Shown here piece by piece: positions 48,761 to 59,641 of a stretch of 62,925 nt of DNA. Source of the DNA: an uncultured Sphingobacteriales bacterium (GTDB lineage Bacteria; Bacteroidota; Bacteroidia; CAILMK01; CAYYUA01). The notes below the pieces were generated by a model. That model was given only the letters and a program-made list of their open reading frames with translations. It did no database searches and had not been told where the DNA came from. A program made the position numbers and the translations under genes. Within the stretch, counting starts at the first letter, position 1, and each line of letters begins with the position of its first letter. The stretch is taken from NCBI GenBank assembly GCA_964549595.1, contig CAZJWK010000002.1, forward strand, positions 31,823-94,747, given 5' to 3'.

Positions 48761-50359
48761 ATGGTAGATGTAAAGCCTAATGAAGTATCCGAAATATTAA
48801 GAGAAGAACTTTCTGGTTATAAGACGGAAGAAGACCTCCAGGAAGTGGGTACGGTTCTCCAGGTTGGAGATGGCATTGCCCGGATTTATGGATTAAATTC
48901 CGTACAATCCGGAGAATTGATTGAGTTTGATAATGGTACCCAGGGAATTGTGCTAAATCTCGAAGAAGATAATGTTGGGGGCGTTCTTTTAGGAACTGAC
49001 GAAGGCATTAAAGAAGGCTCCAACGTTAAGCGGACAGGAAGGATTGCCTCAGTCAAAGTGGGTGAAGGCATGTTAGGCCGGGTGGTTAACACGCTGGGGG
49101 AACCTATTGACGGGAAAGGCCCCATTGAGGGAGAGCTCTATGAGATGCCCATTGAAAGGAAGGCTCCTGGTGTAATTTACAGAGAACCTGTTGAAGAACC
49201 TCTGCAAACCGGTATCAAATCTATCGATTCTATTATTCCCATTGGACGTGGTCAACGGGAATTGATTATTGGTGATCGTCAAACGGGAAAAAGTACCATT
49301 GGTATCGATACGATCATTAATCAAAGAGAAAATTACGAAAGGGGAGAACCGGTTTATTGTGTTTATGTAGCAACGGGTCAAAAGAACTCTACCATTGCTC
49401 AGACGGTGGCTACCCTTGAAGAACATGGTGCTATGGATTACACCGTAGTGGTCGCAGCCAGTGCTGCTTACCCTGCGCCCCTTCAATTTTATGCACCGTT
49501 TACCGGTTGTGCCATCGGGGAGTTTTTCCGTGACACAGGGCGTTCTTCCTTGTTAATCTATGATGACCTTTCCAAGCAAGCTGTCGCTTATCGTGAGGTT
49601 TCTCTGCTTTTAAGGCGTCCTCCGGGCCGTGAAGCCTATCCGGGTGATGTGTTTTACTTACACTCTCGGTTACTGGAGAGGGCTTGTAAATTGATCAGCA
49701 GTGACGAATTGGTTCAGAATATGAACGATCTTCCCGAATCCGTTAAGGATAAAGCAAAAGGCGGGGGGTCGCTCACTGCCTTACCCATTGTAGAAACCCA
49801 GGCAGGAGACGTTTCTGCTTATATTCCTACAAACGTCATTTCTATCACTGACGGGCAGATTTTCCTGGAAACAGAACTTTTCAACGCTGGTGTCCGACCG
49901 GCCATTAACGTGGGAATTTCCGTTTCGCGTGTGGGAGGTAGTGCGCAGCTTAAGCCGATGAAGAAAACGGCTGGTACACTTAAGTTGGATTTGGCTCAAT
50001 ACCGAGAATTAGAAGCATTTGCCAAGTTTGGTTCTGATTTAGACCCTACCACCAAGCAAGTATTGGATAAAGGGGTCAGAAACGTGGAAATCCTTAAGCA
50101 GGGTCAAAACTCACCGATACCCGTTGAAAAGCAGGTGGCCATCATTTATTGTGGTACAGCAGGTTTATTAAAAGATATTCCTGTGGAAAAGGTAACCGAA
50201 TTTGAAAAAGAACTCCTGGAGATGTTAGAGACTAAACATAAGGATGCCCTTGATCAGATCAAGAATAGTGAGTGGAATGATGAAATTAAAAATAAAATTG
50301 AGGAAGTTGCTAATGACCTGAAATCCACTTATGTGGCTGAAGCAACGCAAAATCAATAA
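48761..50359 (+). CDS. atpA: F0F1 ATP synthase subunit alpha
   Basis: [30 protein letters not shown], Bacteroidota-type MNDLPES insertion. Confidence 0.98.
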   Translation: MVDVKPNEVSEILREELSGYKTEEDLQEVGTVLQVGDGIARIYGLNSVQSGELIEFDNGTQGIVLNLEEDNVGGVLLGTDEGIKEGSNVKRTGRIASVKVGEGMLGRVVNTLGEPIDGKGPIEGELYEMPIERKAPGVIYREPVEEPLQTGIKSIDSIIPIGRGQRELIIGDRQTGKSTIGIDTIINQRENYERGEPVYCVYVATGQKNSTIAQTVATLEEHGAMDYTVVVAASAAYPAPLQFYAPFTGCAIGEFFRDTGRSSLLIYDDLSKQAVAYREVSLLLRRPPGREAYPGDVFYLHSRLLERACKLISSDELVQNMNDLPESVKDKAKGGGSLTALPIVETQAGDVSAYIPTNVISITDGQIFLETELFNAGVRPAINVGISVSRVGGSAQLKPMKKTAGTLKLDLAQYRELEAFAKFGSDLDPTTKQVLDKGVRNVEILKQGQNSPIPVEKQVAIIYCGTAGLLKDIPVEKVTEFEKELLEMLETKHKDALDQIKNSEWNDEIKNKIEEVANDLKSTYVAEATQNQ

Positions 50360-50392
50360 AAGAGAAAAGGGGCATTGGCCTCTTTTTCTTTT
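50358..50392 (+). terminator. terminator-like hairpin between atpA and atpG
   Basis: AAAAGGGGC-ATTG-GCCTCTTTT followed by further T residues. Confidence 0.5.
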
Positions 50393-50415
50393 ACTAATCC
50401 TTAAAAGGCAACAGA

Positions 50416-51345
50416 ATGGGTAGCTTAAAAGAAATCAGGAACCGAATAGGGTCAATCCAAAATACCCAGCAGATTACCAAAGCCATGAAAATGGTTGCGG
50501 CCGCTAAGTTACGTAAGGCCCAGGACGCCATTCAAAAAATGCGTCCTTATGCGAGTAAGCTCCATGAAATTACGGCTCATGTATCCGATAGCCTTGAAGA
50601 TTCCAGTTCCTATTACAAGTATTTTAAACAGCGGGAATTAAACCGGGTACTAATTATTCCCATGACAGGCGATAAAGGGCTTTGTGGTGCTTTTAACAAT
50701 AATATCCAGAAGTTAACCAATCAAGTAATCAACGAACGGTACGCGGAAATGTACAAAGCTGGTAAATTAGACCTTCTTTGTATTGGGAAGAAGGGTTATG
50801 AATTCTTTAAGAAGCGCGATTTCAATATTGTGGATAGCTACACCAATTTCTTTAACAAACCCACCTATGAGGAAGCGAAGAATATCGTTGACCGGATTGT
50901 AAGCTGGTATGATGAGGAACAGTACGACCGGATTGAAATCATTTACAATTGGTTTAAAAATGCTGCCACTTATTTTCCTCAGGCTCATCAATTCCTGCCC
51001 ATTACCAGTATAGAGGACCTTGGCGAACAAACCAGGGCTAAAGAGGGCCAAAAAACGGAAGAAAGTTCAACCGGCAGGAAATACGATTATATTTTTGAAC
51101 CCAGTAAGGAAGGAATCATTGAGGAGCTGGTGCCTAAAAGTTTAAAAATCATGTTCTACAAGGATGTGCTTGATTCCAGTGCTTCCGAGCATGGTTCCCG
51201 TATGACGGCAATGGATAATGCCACTGAAAATGCGGAGGAATTGATTAACGACCTAAAGCTTCAGTATAATAAAGCCCGGCAAGCCGCCATTACCAAAGAA
51301 ATTAGTGAAATTGTCGGTGGAGCGGAAGCCTTGGGGAATGGCTAG
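50416..51345 (+). CDS. atpG: F0F1 ATP synthase subunit gamma
   Basis: ITKAMKMVAAAKL, DKGLCGAFN, RMTAM..AT.NA, RQAAIT.EI.EIVGGA. Confidence 0.97.
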   Translation: MGSLKEIRNRIGSIQNTQQITKAMKMVAAAKLRKAQDAIQKMRPYASKLHEITAHVSDSLEDSSSYYKYFKQRELNRVLIIPMTGDKGLCGAFNNNIQKLTNQVINERYAEMYKAGKLDLLCIGKKGYEFFKKRDFNIVDSYTNFFNKPTYEEAKNIVDRIVSWYDEEQYDRIEIIYNWFKNAATYFPQAHQFLPITSIEDLGEQTRAKEGQKTEESSTGRKYDYIFEPSKEGIIEELVPKSLKIMFYKDVLDSSASEHGSRMTAMDNATENAEELINDLKLQYNKARQAAITKEISEIVGGAEALGNG

Positions 51346-51451
51346 TTTAAAAAGCTTTTCGCCATTTAAGATGCTTGACTTCCTTTTCAGTAATTTTGAT
51401 CTATTAAGATATAAAGCTGGTCTAATTTGCCCTTTTTCAGGGTTTGTAACG

Positions 51452-52027
51452 TCATTCAAACCAAGGGCTTAGCTTTTCATAAACCTTATGAATCGGAAGT
51501 CCCATCACGTTAAAATAAGACCCCTTAATAGATTCGATGCCGATTAAACCAATCCACTCCTGAATGGCATAACTACCCGCTTTGTCATAAGGATGGTAGT
51601 GGTTAATGTAGTAATCGATCTCTTTTTCCGCTAAGTTCTTGAACTGTACGCTGGTTATGTCGTAAAAACTTTCTTCACCTGCTTCGGTTATTAGGGTTAC
51701 CCCTGTAATTACCTCATGCTTTTGCCCTGATAGCTTATTTAAATGGGCTTTAGCATCTTTTGCCTGGGCCGGCTTGTTAAGGATTTGATCTTCCAGGGAA
51801 ACAATGGTATCAGCGGTAATAATAAGGCATTCTTCCCCCTTGTCTTTTAAAGCCCTGGCTTTTTTTTCAGAAAGGTGTAAAGCTACCTCATGGGTTTTAA
51901 AATATTCCGGATAATTTTCATTGGTTCCGGTTTTTTCGATCGTAAAATCAAAACCGGCCTGGGATAGGATTTCTTTTCTACGGGGTGATGAAGACCCCAG
52001 GATTAAAGGTTTTTTAAGGGTTATCAT
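51452..52027 (-). CDS. maf: Maf-family nucleotide pyrophosphatase
   Basis: ILGSSSPRR, ADTIV, KP, DKAGSY.IQ, G.YFNVMGLP. Confidence 0.92.
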   Translation of the reverse strand: MITLKKPLILGSSSPRRKEILSQAGFDFTIEKTGTNENYPEYFKTHEVALHLSEKKARALKDKGEECLIITADTIVSLEDQILNKPAQAKDAKAHLNKLSGQKHEVITGVTLITEAGEESFYDITSVQFKNLAEKEIDYYINHYHPYDKAGSYAIQEWIGLIGIESIKGSYFNVMGLPIHKVYEKLSPWFE

Positions 52028-52134
52028 GGCTTAACTTACCTTATTTTTAATTGAGAAGGTTTGAAAACTCCTCCTTTTCTAAAATTTCGGGCTAAAATAA
52101 CTTGTACCAAAAGGGACTGACAACTAATGAATGA

Positions 52135-52758
52135 TTAATGACCTTTATAGTGCTCAACGTTTAAAACAGCGTGACAAGCTTCGTAATCCTCAGCATTGTT
52201 AGAGGAAATAATGACACATTGATTTTTGGTGTAATCCCGGATCAGGCTTTTATACCAATGTATTCCCTCCTCGTCAAGATGGCTGGTGGGTTCGTCCAGA
52301 AGCAATAATGCACTTTCAAAAAAAAAGGAAAGGGCTAACCTTAACCTTTGGACCATTCCTGAAGAAAATTCTTTGATGGGTTTATTGCGGTGCCTGTAAA
52401 GATTGGTAATATCCATTATTTTTTCTACTGTAAACCCTGGTTTAAGGGATTTAAATTGGGTTTGGAACGTCAAATGTTCCTTGAGGGTAAATTCTTCCAA
52501 TAAATCCAAATGAGGAGTGACCAAGGAGACATATTGATACAGGTCTTTGTAAGCAAGGTATAAGTTTTGGTTTTGGTAGGTGACCTTCCCTTTGCTTGGC
52601 GTTAGAAAGCCGCTAATGATCTGTAACAAAGTGGATTTACCGGAACCATTACTTCCGGTGATGGCGTAAATGTTATTGGGCTCAAAATCGTAGGAAATGT
52701 TCCTGAAGACCCAGGAATAGTGAAAATGTTTGCCAATATTTTGGAGACTAACCTCCAT
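52135..52758 (-). CDS. stand-alone ABC ATP-binding protein
   Basis: GSNGSGKST, FSSGM.QR, LLLDEP; start trimmed to MEVSL. Confidence 0.88.
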   Translation of the reverse strand: MEVSLQNIGKHFHYSWVFRNISYDFEPNNIYAITGSNGSGKSTLLQIISGFLTPSKGKVTYQNQNLYLAYKDLYQYVSLVTPHLDLLEEFTLKEHLTFQTQFKSLKPGFTVEKIMDITNLYRHRNKPIKEFSSGMVQRLRLALSFFFESALLLLDEPTSHLDEEGIHWYKSLIRDYTKNQCVIISSNNAEDYEACHAVLNVEHYKGH

Positions 52759-52855
52759 TTTATAGAATTGCCTTTTAACCAATCAGGGATGCTATTATTC
52801 CCAAATTCTGCTGAAAGCCTTTTTGTTTTAAAAGGTAAGGATTTCGGAAAATGGT

Positions 52856-53635
52856 TTAAGGCCTGTAACCCCGCATTATTCCCCTTTCGGAGGCACGGAT
52901 AAAGCTAATGATGTCATCCCTTTCCTGTGTGGCGGGTAATTCCTTTTCCACAATTTCAAGCGCCTGACTGATGTTATTGCCTTTTAAATAAATATGCCTG
53001 TAAATTTCCTGTATTTCTTTGATTTTTTCAGGGTCCATGCCTCTTCTCCGCATGCCGATGGAGTTAATGCCTACGTAGGAGAGAGGCTCCCTGGCTGCTT
53101 TTGTGTAAGGGGGCACATCTTTCCTCACAAGGGAGCCACCGGATACCATGACAAACTCGCCGATTTTCACAAATTGTTGAATCGCAGTCAATCCACCGAC
53201 CAGGGCAAAATCATTAAGGGTTACGTGGCCGGCAATATTGACGGAATTGGCGATGATGCAATTTTCTCCCACAAGGCAATCATGGGCTATGTGGGTATAA
53301 GCCATTAAAAGCGAGTTTTCCCCGATAATGGTTTTGTATTTGTCCGAGGTCCCCCGATTAATTGTGGCATATTCCCGGATAACAACGCCATCTTCTATGA
53401 TCACTAAAGATTCTTCGCCTTTATATTTTAAATCCTGGGGGATGGCAGAAACTACGCTTCCGGGAAAAATTTTTACATTCTTACCAATTCTGGCCCCTTC
53501 CATAATGGTGGTATGGGGCCCTATCCAGCTACCTTCATCAATTTCAACGTTGCTGTGAATGGTAACGAAAGGCTCTATAACTACGTTTTGAGCAATTTTG
53601 GCTTCAGGATGAACGTATGCAAGGGGTTGATGCAT
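52856..53635 (-). CDS. lpxA: UDP-N-acetylglucosamine O-acyltransferase
   Basis: Hexapeptide repeats, PQDLKY, HIAHDC, KDVPPY. Confidence 0.96.
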   Translation of the reverse strand: MHQPLAYVHPEAKIAQNVVIEPFVTIHSNVEIDEGSWIGPHTTIMEGARIGKNVKIFPGSVVSAIPQDLKYKGEESLVIIEDGVVIREYATINRGTSDKYKTIIGENSLLMAYTHIAHDCLVGENCIIANSVNIAGHVTLNDFALVGGLTAIQQFVKIGEFVMVSGGSLVRKDVPPYTKAAREPLSYVGINSIGMRRRGMDPEKIKEIQEIYRHIYLKGNNISQALEIVEKELPATQERDDIISFIRASERGIMRGYRP

Positions 53636-53641
53636 GGGGGT

Positions 53642-55039
53642 TTAGTTGTTTTTTACAATTTGTGCCATTAACTCCGCCTCCGTAACAAGTTTGTTACCGA
53701 CAAATGCTTGCCCTTTCATGTTACAGACACCCCTCCGGATAGGGGAAAGTAATTCCAAGCTTAAAATCAATTGGTCTCCGGGCAGCACTTTCTCCCTGAA
53801 CTTAGCATTTTCTATCTTCATAAAATAGGTAGAATAGGCTTCCGGATTGTCTATTTGGCTAAGTATCATTACACCGCCCACTTGGGACATGGCTTCAATC
53901 TGCAATACACCGGGCATAACCGGATTTTGTGGAAAATGCCCCTCAAAGAAAGGCTCTGTCATGGTGACATTTTTAATCCCCACTATATGCTTGTCCGATA
54001 AATCAATAATCTTATCAACGTATATGAAGGGGTGTTCATGAGGAAGGAATTTACTTATTTGCTTGGCATCGTAAATGGGATCCTTGTTGGTATTGATATT
54101 GGGTGAGTCCTGCTTTTTCTTGACTTTTTTCATTACTTGCTTGATTTTCTTAGCAAATTCAATATTTGCCGCATGGCCTGGTCTGGCTGCCATAATCTGG
54201 GCCTTAATGGGTATCCCGATTAGTGCCAGGTCTCCGATTAAATCAAGCAATTTATGGCGTGCAGGCTCATTTTGGTATCTTAAATCAATGTTATTAAGAA
54301 TTCCCTCACTTTTGACATTAATGTCCTCTTTTTTAAAAAGCTTCGCAAGGTTACCCATCTCCTCGTTGGAGATCTGCTTATCTACAATAACAATGGCATT
54401 GTTAAGGTCGCCTCCTTTAATTAAGTTGTTATTCACCAATTCCTCTAATTCATGGAGGAAACAAAATGTCCTGCTACTGGCGATTTCTTTGTTGAATTCA
54501 TGTATTTCGGAAATGGAGGCATGTTGACTGCCAAGTACAGGCGAATTGTAATCTACCATTACAGTGGAACGATAACCATCCAGGGGCATGGCTATCATTT
54601 CCACATTTCGGTTTTCTTCGGAATAATGGATATTGAAAGGAATTTCAAAATAATCCCTGTCAGCACTTTGATCTTTCAGGCCGGCCTTGCTAAGCACTTC
54701 AATAAAAGGCTGGGCACTGCCATCCATTATCGGGGTTTCAGGGCCGTCTAACTCTACCAGGATATTATCCAGCTCCATCCCGGCTAATGCTGCCATTACG
54801 TGCTCTACCGTGGCCACCAATACTTCCCCGTCAAACCCCAGGGTCGTTCCTCTCGAAGTATCCACAACATTATCCAGATCAGCGTTGATAACCGGTTGGT
54901 CCTCGAGGTCTGATCGCTTAAATTTTATTCCGTGATTTTCAGGGGCAGGTTTAAATTCCAGTTTGACTTCTTTGCCAGTATGTAGCCCAACACCTTCAAT
55001 GGTAATAGCCTTATTTATCGTAGACTGTTTGCTTTTCAT
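53642..55039 (-). CDS. lpxC-fabZ: bifunctional LpxC/FabZ
   Basis: GVGLHTG, TVEH, DGSA, RHKLLD.IGD; C-terminal LPH..PF..VD, F.GHFP..PVMPGVL..EA. Confidence 0.95.
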   Translation of the reverse strand: MKSKQSTINKAITIEGVGLHTGKEVKLEFKPAPENHGIKFKRSDLEDQPVINADLDNVVDTSRGTTLGFDGEVLVATVEHVMAALAGMELDNILVELDGPETPIMDGSAQPFIEVLSKAGLKDQSADRDYFEIPFNIHYSEENRNVEMIAMPLDGYRSTVMVDYNSPVLGSQHASISEIHEFNKEIASSRTFCFLHELEELVNNNLIKGGDLNNAIVIVDKQISNEEMGNLAKLFKKEDINVKSEGILNNIDLRYQNEPARHKLLDLIGDLALIGIPIKAQIMAARPGHAANIEFAKKIKQVMKKVKKKQDSPNINTNKDPIYDAKQISKFLPHEHPFIYVDKIIDLSDKHIVGIKNVTMTEPFFEGHFPQNPVMPGVLQIEAMSQVGGVMILSQIDNPEAYSTYFMKIENAKFREKVLPGDQLILSLELLSPIRRGVCNMKGQAFVGNKLVTEAELMAQIVKNN

Positions 55040-56088
55040 GAGTTATTGTCCTTGGCTTTTGATCCTTTAACCAGTTGTTCAATATTTTTAAGCCTTTCGT
55101 AGAGGTCAGGCAATTTTTTATAAATGATGCTGGATTTTAGTCCTTCTTTCACCGGCGCAACGGGTGAGCCAAACCATTGCTGATTCTCCTTTTTTATGGA
55201 GTTTGATACACCACTTTGAGCTCCGATTTGGGAACCATCTGCTATACTTATGTGGCCGGAAATCCCAACCTGGCCTCCAATGACGCAATTCTTTCCAATT
55301 TTGGAACTTCCGGAAATACCTGTTTGAGAGGCAATGGCAGTATTTTCCCCTATTTCTACGTTGTGAGCTACCTGGATCAAATTATCAAGTTTTACCCCTT
55401 TTCGAATAATGGTAGCCCTCATAGTGGCACGGTCAATAGTGGTGTTAGACCCTATCTCCACATCGTCTTCAATGATTACATTTCCCGTTTGAGGCATTTT
55501 CTTAAAAACCCCGTTTTCTTGAGGTGCAAAGCCAAAACCATCCGAGCCAATCACACAGCCTGAGTGAATAATACAATTTTTTCCGATACGAGTATCTTCA
55601 TATAACTTCACAGAAGAATAAATTATGGTATTGTCGCCAATTTTTGTATTATCGTTTATAACGACATGCGGGTAAATTTTGACACCATCCCCGATTTTTA
55701 CGTTTTCTCCAATATAGGAAAAAGCCCCCACGTAAACATTCCTGCCGTGTTGAGCCGAATTGGCCATGTGAACGGATTCGTCAATGCCTTGTTTTTTATT
55801 GCCGTTGGTTTTAAATTTTTCCATTAAAATGGATAAAGTCGAATACACATCATCTACGTATATGAGGGTGGTTCCATTAATGGGTTCTTCAGGCACAAAG
55901 TCCCGGCTTACCAAAACTGCAGAAGCTTCTGTATTATAAAGGTGTTGGGCATATTTAGGATTGGATAAAAAGGTAATGGAGCCTTCAGTAGCTTCTTCAA
56001 TAGGGGAAAAACCCTCAATTAAAGTATTTTTATTACCTTTAACAGTGCCTTGAATGATTTGGTTGATTTCTTCTACTGTAATTTCCAT
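55036..56088 (-). CDS. lpxD: UDP-3-O-acyl-glucosamine N-acyltransferase
   Basis: [25 protein letters not shown]. Confidence 0.96.
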   Translation of the reverse strand: MEITVEEINQIIQGTVKGNKNTLIEGFSPIEEATEGSITFLSNPKYAQHLYNTEASAVLVSRDFVPEEPINGTTLIYVDDVYSTLSILMEKFKTNGNKKQGIDESVHMANSAQHGRNVYVGAFSYIGENVKIGDGVKIYPHVVINDNTKIGDNTIIYSSVKLYEDTRIGKNCIIHSGCVIGSDGFGFAPQENGVFKKMPQTGNVIIEDDVEIGSNTTIDRATMRATIIRKGVKLDNLIQVAHNVEIGENTAIASQTGISGSSKIGKNCVIGGQVGISGHISIADGSQIGAQSGVSNSIKKENQQWFGSPVAPVKEGLKSSIIYKKLPDLYERLKNIEQLVKGSKAKDNNS

Positions 56089-56111
56089 TAATATGCAAAT
56101 TTATAGAACGA

Positions 56112-57359
56112 CTAAAAATTTAATGCGCCTAATTCACGGGGATAACATAAAAAGTACTTTTTTACGGGCTTACTAAGGGCTGAAATACTGTACTGATCGG
56201 AAGCTTCAGCAATATCCGCTACTTTGCCGCTATTAAAAAGAATATTGATGTTGATCCCTTCTGCCGGTTCATAAGCCGCATTAGTAATAGTGCTGTGAAA
56301 AACCATATAGCCGGCTTCTTCCTCATTCACACCAAAAAGATGGGCAACACGGTTTTTGAGTTGCATAATTTGTTTAGCTTCAATAGGCTGGTCTGTTATA
56401 ACAGTTTTAAAAAGGTTCCGATTGATCATATTCTGGCAAAGCCTTGCAAGCATTTTATCCGAATGCGAAGCCCACGTTTTAATAGCCGACATCACATCAT
56501 GATCATCCAAATTTGCAAAGGTAGCGATTAAACTTGAATTTCCCTGAAAATCCGAACTTTTCACCTGGTTGTAAAGAAAAAATTCAAGGGCTGGTGTACA
56601 AAAAAGTGAATGGCCTTTTCTTGCTAAATCCATGGCCCTTTCCAGGATTTTAACCAATAATTGTTCAGCACTCAATACCGTTTTGTGCAAATAAACCTGC
56701 CAATACATCAACCGTCTGGAAATTAAAAATTTTTCGATCGAATAAATGCCTTTGTTTTCAACGGTTAATCTTCCCTGTATGACGTTAATCATTTTTATGA
56801 TTCGCTCTACTCCTACGACTCCCTCAGAAACCCCTGTATAAAAGCTATCCCTTGCCAGGTAATCCAGGCGATCCAGATCAAGCTGACTTGAAACCAATTC
56901 ATGCAGGAATTTTTTACTGGCATTGGTTTTGCCATTAAAAATATCAATTGCATCTGTTAATTGGCCGTCAAGGTCTTTGTTAAGTTGGTCCATGAAAATA
57001 CGCGATATTTCTTCATGGCTGATGTCACTTACGAGGCTTTTTTCCAGGGCATGCGAAAAAGGGCCATGACCAATATCATGTAGCAAAATGGCAATTTCGG
57101 CAGCGCTTTTTTCCTCATCATTGATTTCCAGGCCCTTTTGCCTGAGGGTTTCTATGGCATTGTTCATGAGATGGAAAGCTCCCAGGGCATGATGAAAACG
57201 CGTATGCAAGGCACCTGGATATACCAGATGCGTTAAACCTAATTGTTTGATTCTTCTCAATCTTTGAAAGTAAGGGTGATTAATCAAAGAAAGCGTAACA
57301 TCGTAAGGGACGGTGATGAAACCGTGAACCGGGTCATTAATTATCTTTACTTGGCTCAA
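56112..57359 (-). CDS. HD-domain phosphohydrolase (dGTPase/SAMHD1-like)
   Basis: DPVHG, QRLRRIKQLG, HTRF.H.LG, LLHDIGHGPFSH, D.DRLDYL.RD; TTG start; TACCTTTG box at 57447-54. Confidence 0.92.
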   Translation of the reverse strand: MSQVKIINDPVHGFITVPYDVTLSLINHPYFQRLRRIKQLGLTHLVYPGALHTRFHHALGAFHLMNNAIETLRQKGLEINDEEKSAAEIAILLHDIGHGPFSHALEKSLVSDISHEEISRIFMDQLNKDLDGQLTDAIDIFNGKTNASKKFLHELVSSQLDLDRLDYLARDSFYTGVSEGVVGVERIIKMINVIQGRLTVENKGIYSIEKFLISRRLMYWQVYLHKTVLSAEQLLVKILERAMDLARKGHSLFCTPALEFFLYNQVKSSDFQGNSSLIATFANLDDHDVMSAIKTWASHSDKMLARLCQNMINRNLFKTVITDQPIEAKQIMQLKNRVAHLFGVNEEEAGYMVFHSTITNAAYEPAEGININILFNSGKVADIAEASDQYSISALSKPVKKYFLCYPRELGALNF

Positions 57360-57460
57360 AGCGGTGAAAAAATTTTCTTATGGAGAAAGCCTTTTACAAT
57401 AAATCAGCTTTTCAATAAGTTTTTGAAACGACAACATAAAACAATTCAAAGGTAGCATTT

Positions 57461-59014
57461 ATGGAGAAAATTAAAATCCTTTGGGCTGACGATGAAATTG
57501 ATATGCTCAAACCCCACATTTTATTCCTGGAAGAAAAAGGTTACGAGGTAGAGTCGGCTAAAAGTGCCGATGAGGCTATGGAATCCATAAAGAATAAGCA
57601 TTTTGACCTGCTTTTCCTGGATGAAAACATGCCCGGCCAAACCGGATTGGAGGTACTACCGGAAATCAAGGAATCAAATCCTGATATACCGGTGATTATG
57701 ATCACCAAAAGTGAGGAGGAGTTTTTAATGGAAGATGCCATTGGATCGCAAATTTCAGATTACCTCATTAAGCCGGTTAACCCGAACCAGATCCTGTTAT
57801 CTATTAAAAAACAAATTGATAATAAACGACTGGTTAGTGAAAAAGTAACCCAGTCCTATCAGCAGGATTTTACCAACCTATCCATGCAGGTGAATGAAAA
57901 ATTATCTGCCAATGAATGGATTGATATTTACAAGCGCTTGGTGTATTGGGACATTGAACTGGAAAAGTCCAGTGAGGAAAACATGAAGGAAGTGCTGGCT
58001 ACCCAGAAAGCTGATGCCAACGCTAATTTTTCCCGTTTTGTGGAAAGGCATTATATGGATTGGATTAACAACCCTGAGGAAGCCCCTTTAATGTCTCATA
58101 AGTTGCTTTATAACAAAGTTTTACCAAAATTAGAGGATTCAGGGACGACTTTTCTTTTGATACTGGATAATTTCCGTTATGATCAATGGAAAGCCATTCA
58201 GCCTTATGTTTCCGAATTATTCAATATCCAGGAAGACACGGCTTATTACAGCATTCTACCCACAGCCACCAATTATTCTCGTAATGCCATGTTTTCAGGT
58301 TTGATGCCAGCGCAAATCCAGGAACGGTTCCCCGATAAATGGATAAATGATGAGGAAAAAGGCGGAAAAAATCAGCATGAAGCGGAATTTTTCAGTGATT
58401 ACCTGGGCCGTTTAAAAAAGGACATCAAATTTAGTTACAACAAGATTACCAAACTGGAATATGGAAAATCCCTGCCTGAAAATGTGAATAATTTCATGAA
58501 AAACGATTTGGTGGTCGTTATTTACAACTTTATTGATTTGATGTCCCATGTTCGCACGGAAATGGAAGTTTTAAAGGAGTTGGCTGAGGATGAACCGGCT
58601 TACCGATCCCTAACCCAAAGCTGGTTTGAACATTCACCTTTGTATGAAATGCTGAAAAAATTGTCTGAAAAGAATATCAATCTGGTAATTACCACTGACC
58701 ATGGCTCCATTAGGGTTAAAAAACCATCCAAAGTAGTGGGCGACCGAAACACTACTACCAATCTTCGCTATAAGCAGGGTAAAAGCCTGGATTTTGAAAA
58801 GAAAGAAGTGTTTGAAGCGAGCAACCCTAAGGATGCCATGCTACCCCGTCCTCACGTAAGCTCTTCTTTTATTTTTGCCAAAGAAGACCATTACTTTGTG
58901 TATCCCAATAATTACAATTATTACGTCAATTTTTTTAAAAATACCTTTCAACATGGAGGTGTTTCCCTCGAAGAAATGATTATTCCTGTCATTTCTCTGA
59001 CCAGCAAAAAATAA
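57461..59014 (+). CDS. porX: T9SS response regulator PorX (receiver plus PglZ/alkaline-phosphatase domain)
   Basis: ILWADDE, LDENMPG, MITKSEEE, LPTAT.YSRN, TTDHG, TFQHGG.S.EEM; HD-porX-tsaE synteny. Confidence 0.93.
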   Translation: MEKIKILWADDEIDMLKPHILFLEEKGYEVESAKSADEAMESIKNKHFDLLFLDENMPGQTGLEVLPEIKESNPDIPVIMITKSEEEFLMEDAIGSQISDYLIKPVNPNQILLSIKKQIDNKRLVSEKVTQSYQQDFTNLSMQVNEKLSANEWIDIYKRLVYWDIELEKSSEENMKEVLATQKADANANFSRFVERHYMDWINNPEEAPLMSHKLLYNKVLPKLEDSGTTFLLILDNFRYDQWKAIQPYVSELFNIQEDTAYYSILPTATNYSRNAMFSGLMPAQIQERFPDKWINDEEKGGKNQHEAEFFSDYLGRLKKDIKFSYNKITKLEYGKSLPENVNNFMKNDLVVVIYNFIDLMSHVRTEMEVLKELAEDEPAYRSLTQSWFEHSPLYEMLKKLSEKNINLVITTDHGSIRVKKPSKVVGDRNTTTNLRYKQGKSLDFEKKEVFEASNPKDAMLPRPHVSSSFIFAKEDHYFVYPNNYNYYVNFFKNTFQHGGVSLEEMIIPVISLTSKK

Positions 59015-59021
59015 AAGCCCC

Positions 59022-59441
59022 TTGGCACAATCAAGCCACGCCGTAAATATTCAAAACCTTGAGGATTTGAGAAAGTTTGGCAAGGAGCTTCTTGATCAGG
59101 GTTGGAAGAAATTTGCGCTTTACGGGGAACTCGGGGCTGGTAAAACCGCTTTTGTCAAGGAAGTATCGGCTTTAATCGAACTTAACACCAATATTCAAAG
59201 CCCTACTTATGCCTTGCTTTTTGAGTATCCGGTAGGAGAGGCCTTCCTTTATCATTTTGACCTTTACCGTTTAACCACTTCTGAGGAAATTCTTGACCTC
59301 GGTTTTGAAGAATATTGGGAAGCGGATGCTTACGAATTCATTGAATGGCCTGAACTCGTCAAGGATGATCTGCCCAATGATTTTATCCATCTGTATATTG
59401 AACATTTAAAAAACGGTACAAGAAAAATTACTTGCCTTTAA
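59022..59441 (+). CDS. tsaE: tRNA threonylcarbamoyladenosine biosynthesis ATPase
   Basis: GELGAGKT, SPTY, YHFDLYR, IEWPE. Confidence 0.93.
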   Translation: MAQSSHAVNIQNLEDLRKFGKELLDQGWKKFALYGELGAGKTAFVKEVSALIELNTNIQSPTYALLFEYPVGEAFLYHFDLYRLTTSEEILDLGFEEYWEADAYEFIEWPELVKDDLPNDFIHLYIEHLKNGTRKITCL

Positions 59442-59641
59442 AATCCCGGAAAAAACCATTTAAATTTTGTCAATTTTTTAAGGACCTAAATATCCCTTTT
59501 TGTTGAATTTTCTTAAATTTACAATTTAGGTTTAATGGGAAAATTTACCCTTATTCTGGATAAGGTAGTAATGAGATAAGACCGAATGATTGCCGAAACA
59601 GTGAAATAACCTAACTTTGACAGTTAAGACAAATTGAGGAT

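Noticed and set aside
53642-55039. LpxC-FabZ fusion as a novelty
   Set aside because: Well-known standard arrangement in Bacteroidota.
59514-59528. Palindrome TAAATT-TAC-AATTTA upstream of ald as an operator
   Set aside because: The arms are all A/T in a very AT-rich spacer, so it is likely by chance; no regulator is nearby.
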